From NCBI GenBank assembly GCA_963749915.1, contig CAVVOP010000020.1, forward strand, positions 96,001 to 160,000: a DNA stretch of 64,000 bases, read 5' to 3'. The notes beneath the pieces are model-generated. The model had not been told where the DNA came from, did no database searches, and was given only the letters and a program-made list of their open reading frames with translations. Position numbers and translations under genes: made by a program. Below are positions 57,534 to 64,000 of this stretch, piece after piece. The number at the start of each line of letters is the position of its first letter. Positions within the stretch are counted from its first letter, which is position 1. Source of the stretch: an uncultured cyanobacterium. Lineage in GTDB: Bacteria; Cyanobacteriota; Cyanobacteriia; Cyanobacteriales; Cyanobacteriaceae.

Positions 57534-58370
57534 GTGTTTAATTTCAAACGTAAATTATTATATTCAACTATTTCTCTCACCGTTGCACTAGGTCTAGTTT
57601 TTACTGATGTTAGGGTTAGTCAAGCCATTCCCTGGGGAGAATTATTTTTGAGAGGTGTCCAAGCCATTCAAATTAGTAATCTTAGTGATCAACAAGAGGT
57701 TGAATTTGGCAATCAAATACGGCAGCAATTGTTGTCACAAGGAAAAATTCGATTATACCGTAATGAGGAGTTATACGGTTATGTTAATCAGATTGGTCGT
57801 AGATTAGTGAAAGTGAGTACTCGTCCAAATTTACCTTACCGTTTCGAGATTGTGGATGATCCTCAAGTGAATGCTTTTGCGACCATGGGGGGTTATATTT
57901 ATCTTCACACTGGCTTAATTGCCACCGCCGCCAATGAAGCTGAGTTGGCCAGTGTTATCGCCCATGAAATTGGTCATGTTGTCGCCCGTCACTCTCAAAA
58001 ACAAATACGTCAACAAGCTATTACCCAAGGATTATTAACAGCGGCAGGATTAAATAAAACCAATGTGGTACAGCTTGGGGTTACTTTAGCTTTAGATTTA
58101 CCCTATAGTCGTCAAGATGAATATGAAGCGGATGCCATCGGGCTACAAATTCTCTCTGACGCTGGTTACGCACCCCGTGCGATGGTGGATTTTATGCAAA
58201 AATTGGGTAAGTCTGGGGGTAAAGTACCCACTTTACTCAGTACTCACCCCAATGGTGCGGATCGTGCCATCGCCCTTGATCAAAAAATTCCCCGCCAAAT
58301 GGCTTATCGAGGAAATGGCTTAGACAAAGAAGCCTATCAATATAATATTCGCTCATTATTAAGAAGATAA
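57534..58370 (+). CDS. M48-family zinc metallopeptidase
   Basis: VNAFATMGG, ELASVIAHEIGH, YSRQDEYEAD and LSTHP. Confidence 0.92.
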   Translation: MFNFKRKLLYSTISLTVALGLVFTDVRVSQAIPWGELFLRGVQAIQISNLSDQQEVEFGNQIRQQLLSQGKIRLYRNEELYGYVNQIGRRLVKVSTRPNLPYRFEIVDDPQVNAFATMGGYIYLHTGLIATAANEAELASVIAHEIGHVVARHSQKQIRQQAITQGLLTAAGLNKTNVVQLGVTLALDLPYSRQDEYEADAIGLQILSDAGYAPRAMVDFMQKLGKSGGKVPTLLSTHPNGADRAIALDQKIPRQMAYRGNGLDKEAYQYNIRSLLRR

Positions 58371-58384
58371 CGAAAGTAATAAGA

Positions 58385-58403
58385 TAGGGTGGGCAATGCC
58401 CAC
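58385..58403. repeat. REP-like palindrome between convergent genes
   Basis: TAGG-GTGGGCA-A-TGCCCAC perfect hairpin; may also act as a terminator. Confidence 0.5.
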
Positions 58404-58428
58404 AAAAATCAGACAATTTTTGAAAACA

Positions 58429-59985
58429 TTAACAAGCTACTAATGATTCTTGATCTTGACTTAAATATTCTTGCAATTGTGCCTCAATTTGAGCTTTGAC
58501 AATTTCTCGATATTCCATAAAATGTTCGTTATGAGCACACAGGGTTAAATAGTGTTCCCATACAGCTGGATTATCTTTGATGATGCTAAATAGATGGTGC
58601 CAGAATTTCCAGCGGGTATCTCGTTTTATTCCTTGCCGCCATACTACGATCGCTAATGCCTTAAGATCAAGTAAGGTCGGTAATTTGGCAGGAGGATGAG
58701 CTTTGGGTGCGCCTAATTTCAAGAAACAATGATAAATACGATCAAGGTAAGCATGGGGATCATAGAGTCGCCAAAAAGCATCTACATATTCTTTGGCAAT
58801 ATCTTCCACAGGGCGAGTGGGTACAAAATTCATCAAGGTGGTTTGGTTAATATTACCGTCTTTTCCTTCCCTTAAACGCCCTTCTTTTTGCAGACGATGC
58901 CATAACGCTGTATTGGGTAACGCTTGTAACATGGAAAAAGTAGTTGTGGGAATGCCCACTTGTTCCGCAAAACGGACAATGCGATCGCCAGCACCTTTTT
59001 TCTCGCCATCAAAACCGATAATAAAACCAGCCATAGGACGCAATCCGATACGGATAATTTTATCAACGGCATCGGCGAGAGAACTACGGGTATTTTGAAA
59101 TTTTTTGGTAAGCTGTAAACTATCCTCATCAGGGGTCTCAATGCCCAAAAATACGGCATCGAAATAACAATCTACCATCAACTCCATTAATTCTTCATCG
59201 TCAGCTAAATCAACGGAAGCCTCGGTATTGAAGCGGAAAGGATACTGATGTTCTTGTTGCCATAGCTTTAAGGCTTTTAACAATAATTTGACGTTGCGCT
59301 TATTGCCAATAAAATTATCATCTACCATGAAGACACCACGACGCCAACCTAACTCATAAAGATAATCTAACTCTTTGAGTAATTGTTCAGGAGTTTTCGT
59401 TCTCGGTTTTCGCCCATAAAGCACGATAATATCGCAAAATTCGCACTGGAAAGGACATCCCCTCGAAAATTGTACCGACATGGAATCGTAAGCATCAAAT
59501 TCCAGTAAATCGAAACGAGGCACGGGGGTAATTGTCACGTCAGGTTTTTCGGTGGTGCGGAAAGTTCCTGATTTTTCACCCTTCTCAATGGCTTCTACAA
59601 ACATCGGCAAGGTGATTTCCCCTTCATCTAAAATTAAAAAATCGACCCCCGCCTGTTCGGCTTCATGGGGGACAGAAGTAGGATAAGGGCCACCCACCGC
59701 CACTAATTTTCCTCTTTGTTTAGCTTCTTTAATTTGAGCGATTAAATCATCTTTTTGGACAATCATCGCCGACATGATTACCACATCAGCCCATGCCCAT
59801 TCAGCATCTGTAGCCGGGCGTATATTCCGATCAACTAACTTAAATTCCCATTCCTGAGGTAAGATTGAAGCAACTGTAATTAATCCTAATGGTGGTAATA
59901 ATACTTTGCGATTGACTAATTCTAAAATTTTGTCATAGGACCAGAAAGTAGGTGGAAAAATGGGATAAATTAATAAAGCACGCAT
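58429..59985 (-). CDS. B12-binding radical SAM protein (DUF4070 type)
   Basis: PPLGLITVA (B12-binding), SRGCPFQCEFCD (CxxxCxxC), DDNFIGN and GFIIGFD. Confidence 0.92.
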   Translation of the reverse strand: MRALLIYPIFPPTFWSYDKILELVNRKVLLPPLGLITVASILPQEWEFKLVDRNIRPATDAEWAWADVVIMSAMIVQKDDLIAQIKEAKQRGKLVAVGGPYPTSVPHEAEQAGVDFLILDEGEITLPMFVEAIEKGEKSGTFRTTEKPDVTITPVPRFDLLEFDAYDSMSVQFSRGCPFQCEFCDIIVLYGRKPRTKTPEQLLKELDYLYELGWRRGVFMVDDNFIGNKRNVKLLLKALKLWQQEHQYPFRFNTEASVDLADDEELMELMVDCYFDAVFLGIETPDEDSLQLTKKFQNTRSSLADAVDKIIRIGLRPMAGFIIGFDGEKKGAGDRIVRFAEQVGIPTTTFSMLQALPNTALWHRLQKEGRLREGKDGNINQTTLMNFVPTRPVEDIAKEYVDAFWRLYDPHAYLDRIYHCFLKLGAPKAHPPAKLPTLLDLKALAIVVWRQGIKRDTRWKFWHHLFSIIKDNPAVWEHYLTLCAHNEHFMEYREIVKAQIEAQLQEYLSQDQESLVAC

Positions 59986-60245
59986 ATGATAAGGTAATTT
60001 AATTACTAAAAACTAGTTATTATCCTTAACTGTAACCTAAATTTTTGGGAAATCAACCCACTTTCTGCACGTCAAATTGTTTTTCAGAAAAAAGCTAAGT
60101 ATAAAGGTATTGAATCTTAATAAGATTTAAGGGGCTCTTTTTTTTGTTAAAGGCACGAAACCCTACTATCACAGGCATTTCGTCTCATAGAGATGTTTTT
60201 AATAGGGGGTCACTGACAAAAGGTACCATTTTTCTTAAAAAATAA

Positions 60246-60275
60246 TTGTCAAATCTGATACTTTTTTGTTATACT
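60246..60275 (+). promoter_or_regulatory. Promoter with an NtcA-like box overlapping the -35
   Basis: TTGTCA (60246), 18 bp, TATACT (60270). GTC-N8-TAC at 60248-60261 has one mismatch to GTA-N8-TAC. Confidence 0.5.
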
Positions 60276-60291
60276 GAAGGCGTAAGGATAA

Positions 60292-60355
60292 ATCGTTCAT
60301 CTGCAAGAGCGGACGGAAGTAAGAAGTGATAAGTTCTTCTGAAGGAACGCGCCTC
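60292..60355 (+). ncRNA. Glutamine riboswitch (glnA motif, class I)
   Basis: ATCGTTCATC...GACGGAAGTA...CTGAAGGAACGCGCC consensus. P1 is CGTTC (60294) with GAACG (60345). CGCCTC (60350-55) is complementary to the SD region GAGGCG (60382-87). Confidence 0.92.
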
Positions 60356-60392
60356 GAGTCTAAGCCCATCAAAAATTAGAGGAGGCGGTATT

Positions 60393-60527
60393 ATGAACGC
60401 TAAACAAAATAATCTCGGTTCAATCAATCAAAAAGCTCGTTTGTTAATAGTTGATAATCGTCAACGTAAACACAATCGTCAAGCTAGTATGTTGGAAAGA
60501 TCTGCCAAACAAGTCGGTCTTCAATAA
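60393..60527 (+). CDS. gifA: Short IF7/GifA-like glutamine synthetase inactivating factor (44 aa), absent from the ORF track
   Basis: GGAGG RBS; MNAKQNNLGSINQKARLLIVDNRQRKHNRQASMLERSAKQVGLQ matches the IF core Q.AR.L....Q...NRQ.SML.R.A.EIG. Confidence 0.75.
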   Translation: MNAKQNNLGSINQKARLLIVDNRQRKHNRQASMLERSAKQVGLQ

Positions 60528-60629
60528 TTTATTATGAACTGTGTTGGTAGTTGGAGTAAAGTACTTTGGGCTCCAGCTATCAGTGTCAATGGAAAAAGTT
60601 CTTTCGTTCATTCAATTAGGAGTATAATC

Positions 60630-60782
60630 ATGATTAGTAAAAAAACTGCACAGGGTGCCATTCAAGCTCATAGAACCACTTTACTTAAAACTCTCGAACA
60701 TCGTTTAGAAGTAGCTAAATCCAAAGGACAAACTGCATTGATAGCCCAGTTAGAGGCGGAAAAAAGTTATTATCTGAAGTAG
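60630..60782 (+). CDS. pirA: PII-interacting regulator of arginine synthesis PirA (Ssr0692-like), 50 aa
   Basis: AGGAG RBS at 60618; MISKK...AHRTTLLKTLEHRLEVAKSKGQTALIAQLEAEKSYY matches the PirA pattern HR..L...L..RLE.AR..G...L...L..E..Y. Confidence 0.8.
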   Translation: MISKKTAQGAIQAHRTTLLKTLEHRLEVAKSKGQTALIAQLEAEKSYYLK

Positions 60783-60994
60783 AGGGTTTGTAATTGATTC
60801 GGTTCTTCCGGAGTGGTTGTGACGAAATAGATTAAAAAATTAGGGGACAGGGAATTAGGCAATGGGCAATAGTTAATTAACTTAAGTTCGGTTTGCTGTT
60901 TCACTGTCCCTGAAGATTGTGAATATTTATCTAGTACTTCGGAAAGTAGGTTCTAACATCATTAGAGAATGTGAGACGGCTATATTATATAACC

Positions 60995-61897
60995 TTACGT
61001 TAGAGCTTCGAATCCCGCTACCACATCTAATAATTCTGAAGTAATTGCACCTTGGCGTTGGCGACGATATTGAGTCTTAAGCTCGTCAAGACGTTCTTCA
61101 ATATTTTTCTGTGCCGATTGCATGGCGGCAAGGCGACTGGCATTTTCGCTTGCTAGGGAAGCCGCTAAGGCTCGATAGAGGGAGACAAACAGGTATTGGC
61201 TAATTAGTTCCGAAAATAAGTCTTGCCAGTCCATCGTAAAAATTGGTATGACGGAAGTGTACCAGGGTTTCTTTTCTAGGGAAAGCAACCAATGAGGATC
61301 GAGGGGTAATAACTGTTGTTTACCAGAGCAATAGGAAGAACCAGAGATGGGCTGGTTATAAAATAGCAGAATCCTACCAATTTGCTCCCTTTGTTGCCAA
61401 CTTTCCAGCATCAGTAGAATATTTCGTACCGTTTCGCCAATGCTGATGGCAGAGGTAGGAAGAGTAAATTGTTCTGTGATTTGATACTGAGTTGTTTTGA
61501 GATGAGGTAATAAACGAGAACCCACAGACCCAATCAAAATTGGTTTAAAGTTAGGAAATTGTCCCAGATACTCTCTAGCATATTGCGTAATTTGTTCATT
61601 AAATTGACCACACAATCCTTGATCAGAGCCAAAAATAATCGCCCCTATTTTTTTTGTTTCAGGAAGATCAAGGGTTTCTTTTAAGTTTAAGGAAAGGGGT
61701 TCACCCGCAAAATATCGTTCTCGCAGGAGAATTTGAAAGCCCATTTCAACAGTACGGTTGTATTCAGCTAAAGATTCTACTGCCCGTTCGTACTGACGAA
61801 TACTCACAGCCGCAAGAACTTTCATCGTCTTGACGACGGAATATAAATCTTGAACACCGTCAATGGTAGCTTTCAGGGATGCAGGGGTTATAGACAT
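60995..61897 (-). CDS. atpG: ATP synthase gamma subunit, alternative (N-ATPase) type
   Basis: SVVKTMKVLAAVSIRQYERAV, GSDQGLCGQFN, ASENASRLAAMQSA and RQGAITSELLDV. Confidence 0.92.
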   Translation of the reverse strand: MSITPASLKATIDGVQDLYSVVKTMKVLAAVSIRQYERAVESLAEYNRTVEMGFQILLRERYFAGEPLSLNLKETLDLPETKKIGAIIFGSDQGLCGQFNEQITQYAREYLGQFPNFKPILIGSVGSRLLPHLKTTQYQITEQFTLPTSAISIGETVRNILLMLESWQQREQIGRILLFYNQPISGSSYCSGKQQLLPLDPHWLLSLEKKPWYTSVIPIFTMDWQDLFSELISQYLFVSLYRALAASLASENASRLAAMQSAQKNIEERLDELKTQYRRQRQGAITSELLDVVAGFEALT

Positions 61898-61953
61898 AAT
61901 TTTTTACTCTAGTTTTCTTCAGATACCAAATTGTTCTGTTTTTATTTTTCTCT

Positions 61954-63522
61954 TTAACTGGGAAGATTTTTGTTTCTATCCTTGCTATTGTGGTCAGATT
62001 TAAATAATTTACAGACCTCTTCACATTTATTTAATAACTCTTTTTTGGCTTGGTCCCTCAGAAATTCTCCCGACTCGATACAAGTGCAGATTGTGGATAG
62101 TTGCTCAATAACTATCTGACGAATGGCTATTTCTGCCTCCCTAATTCTTTCTAAAGGTACCTTGTCTAAAATGCCCTCATTTAATGCCAAAAGTACAGCT
62201 ATTTGTTCAGCAACTGAGAGGGGCTGAGATTGGGGCTGTTGGAGAATCTCACGAACACGCTTTCCCCGTTCTAAGGTTTGGCGAGTATCCTCGTCTAATT
62301 GAGTACCAAATCGGGCAAATACTTCTACTTCCTGAAACTGAGAATAAGATAATCGTAGTTCTCCAGCAACTTCTCTATAGGCAGGTAATTGGGTTTTGCC
62401 ACCCACCCGGGAGACGGATTTCCCCACGGATACTGCCGGCATGATTCCTTTGCGATAGAGGTCAGGAGATAAATAAATTTGACCATCAGTAATTGAGATT
62501 AAGTTGGTAGGAATGTAGGCGGAGATATCTTGAGCTTGGGTTTCCACAATGGGCAGTGCCGTCAAAGAACCACCGCCCAACTCCTCTCGTAAATGGGTGG
62601 AACGCTCTAGCATCCGTGAATGAATGTAAAAAATATCCCCTGGATAGGCTTCTCTGCCGGGAGGACGACGTAATAAAAGGGACAGTTCTCGATATGCCCA
62701 AGCATGACGGGTAAGATCATCATAAACGATTAAAACATCCTGCCCTCGTTCCATAAAGTATTCTCCCATGGAAGTGGCAGCATAGGGAGTAATGTATTGC
62801 AAGCCCGGAGGATCTTCTCCATCGGCTACGACCACAATTGAATACTCGAGGGCATCTCCTTGTCGAAGTTGTTCGATCACTTTCGCCACCGCTGAGGTAC
62901 GTTGACCAATGGCACAGTAGATGCAAATAACATCTTTTCCTTTTTGATTGAGAATAGTATCCACGGCGATCGTTGTTTTACCTGAGGAGCGATCGCCCAA
63001 GATTAACTCTCGCTGTCCTCGTCCCACTGGAATCAACGCATCTACTACTTTCAACCCAGTTTGCAGAAGAACTTCCACTGGAGCACGATCGATAAATGGT
63101 GGTGCTTTACGTTCCATGGGTAATCGTTCTCTCGTGATGATCTTTCCCCCTTCGTCCAGGGGACGACCAATGCCATCAACAATACGTCCTAAGAGGGCTT
63201 TTCCCACTGGTACTTGCAAAATTTGTCCCCTACGCTCTACTTCCTGACCTGCGCTTAAATGCTCACTGTCGCCTAATAAAATTACTCCTAATTCGTCAAT
63301 ATCTAAATTAAAAGCGATGCCTAACACTCCTCCTTCAAAGCAAATCAGTTCATCGACTTTAACTCTTGGCAAGCCAACTACTTTGGCAACTCCCTGATCT
63401 ATGGATTTGAGAATCCCCATTTCTTGTGGTTGGATTTGAAGATGATGTGTTTCTAATCCTTGTTCAAATTTAGTAAATGTTCGCTCCAGAAATGTTTGTA
63501 ATGAGCTTATTTTCGGGTTCAT
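61954..63522 (-). CDS. atpA: ATP synthase alpha subunit, alternative (N-ATPase) type
   Basis: [37 protein letters not shown] and [14 protein letters not shown]. Confidence 0.95.
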   Translation of the reverse strand: MNPKISSLQTFLERTFTKFEQGLETHHLQIQPQEMGILKSIDQGVAKVVGLPRVKVDELICFEGGVLGIAFNLDIDELGVILLGDSEHLSAGQEVERRGQILQVPVGKALLGRIVDGIGRPLDEGGKIITRERLPMERKAPPFIDRAPVEVLLQTGLKVVDALIPVGRGQRELILGDRSSGKTTIAVDTILNQKGKDVICIYCAIGQRTSAVAKVIEQLRQGDALEYSIVVVADGEDPPGLQYITPYAATSMGEYFMERGQDVLIVYDDLTRHAWAYRELSLLLRRPPGREAYPGDIFYIHSRMLERSTHLREELGGGSLTALPIVETQAQDISAYIPTNLISITDGQIYLSPDLYRKGIMPAVSVGKSVSRVGGKTQLPAYREVAGELRLSYSQFQEVEVFARFGTQLDEDTRQTLERGKRVREILQQPQSQPLSVAEQIAVLLALNEGILDKVPLERIREAEIAIRQIVIEQLSTICTCIESGEFLRDQAKKELLNKCEEVCKLFKSDHNSKDRNKNLPS

Positions 63523-63601
63523 AGTTTACTCCATCTTGAGATAGACTATTTTTGAGTTTGGCTGTGGAAATTTAAACAAAATTTTGGTTATTTTTATATT
63601 G

Positions 63602-64000
63602 CTAAAAAACTTCAAGATATTTCTCAATGGAGAGCAAATAACTCTTCAAATTCCAAGCAATTTTATAATCACTAGCTTGTAGCTCAATGCCACAAATTAA
63701 TTCTGGTACGGTAGCAAATTCTACTTTGTTACCCTGGTAAATTTGTTGGTGATATAAAGAATTCAAAATCTTTTGGCGACTTTCTGGAGGAACCTCGAAA
63801 CTAGTGTGAATCACTAATCCCTGATCCGATTTTTGGAGGGATTGAGCTAGGGATCGTCGTTCTTGTTGATCCAGATTTTCCAAACGACGAATAAAAGTCA
63901 AGATCACCTGCTGCTCTAAAGAAAAATCTGCCAGTTCTTGGAAAGCACGGCGAGTAATCTCATACACTTGCTGAGTTAATTTTTGTTGTAGATTTTCGAA
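63602..64000 (-). CDS. atpF: ATP synthase b subunit with delta-like C-terminus (N-ATPase AtpF), 5' end outside the window
   Basis: Frame is open to the window end; ELADFSLEQQVI..FIRRL...PELICGIEL...YKIAWNL..YL; directly upstream of atpA with no separate atpH. Confidence 0.85.
   Translation of the reverse strand, partial: FENLQQKLTQQVYEITRRAFQELADFSLEQQVILTFIRRLENLDQQERRSLAQSLQKSDQGLVIHTSFEVPPESRQKILNSLYHQQIYQGNKVEFATVPELICGIELQASDYKIAWNLKSYLLSIEKYLEVF

Noticed and set aside
60534..60629. N-terminal 32 codons of the 82-aa track ORF
   Set aside because: The AGGAG RBS and PirA similarity point to ATG 60630 as the start.
16297..63247. Short antisense or alternate-frame ORFs inside the RND, cheA, ycf46, arcE, mscS, ribBA, A2M, radical SAM and atpA genes
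   Set aside because: They are fully nested in long, motif-rich CDSs and have no recognisable motifs (shadow ORFs).

Overview
AT-rich chromosomal segment of a unicellular cyanobacterium. The 16S rRNA, at least 21 HIP1 (GCGATCGC) sites and Synechocystis-like gene orthologues suggest a Geminocystis/Cyanobacterium-like organism; the genus is inference. Left to right: end of nagZ; a decayed IS66 and an intact-looking IS982; part of the Pap (slr0148/slr0149/slr0151-like) cluster; pabAB; rsmG; a complete rrn operon (16S, tRNA-Ile, tRNA-Ala, 23S, 5S); two RND pump pairs; ispD; a CheA lacking its Hpt domain (PilL-C-like); clpS; the ycf46 operon; carbamate kinase, an ArcE-like P-loop protein and maeB; mscS plus a TPR/beta-barrel gene; pedR; ribBA; an alpha-2-macroglobulin; a B12 radical SAM gene; a glutamine riboswitch locus; and the end of an alternative (N-type) ATP synthase operon. 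Three observations stand out. (1) A putative arginine synthetase (ArcE) plus carbamate kinase module could conserve ATP from arginine/cyanophycin breakdown in a cyanobacterium. (2) A glutamine riboswitch precedes an unannotated 44-aa IF7-like glutamine synthetase inhibitor followed by pirA, under a promoter overlapped by an NtcA-like box. (3) A second, N-ATPase-type ATP synthase is present. All family assignments come from motif recognition by eye; no database search was run.
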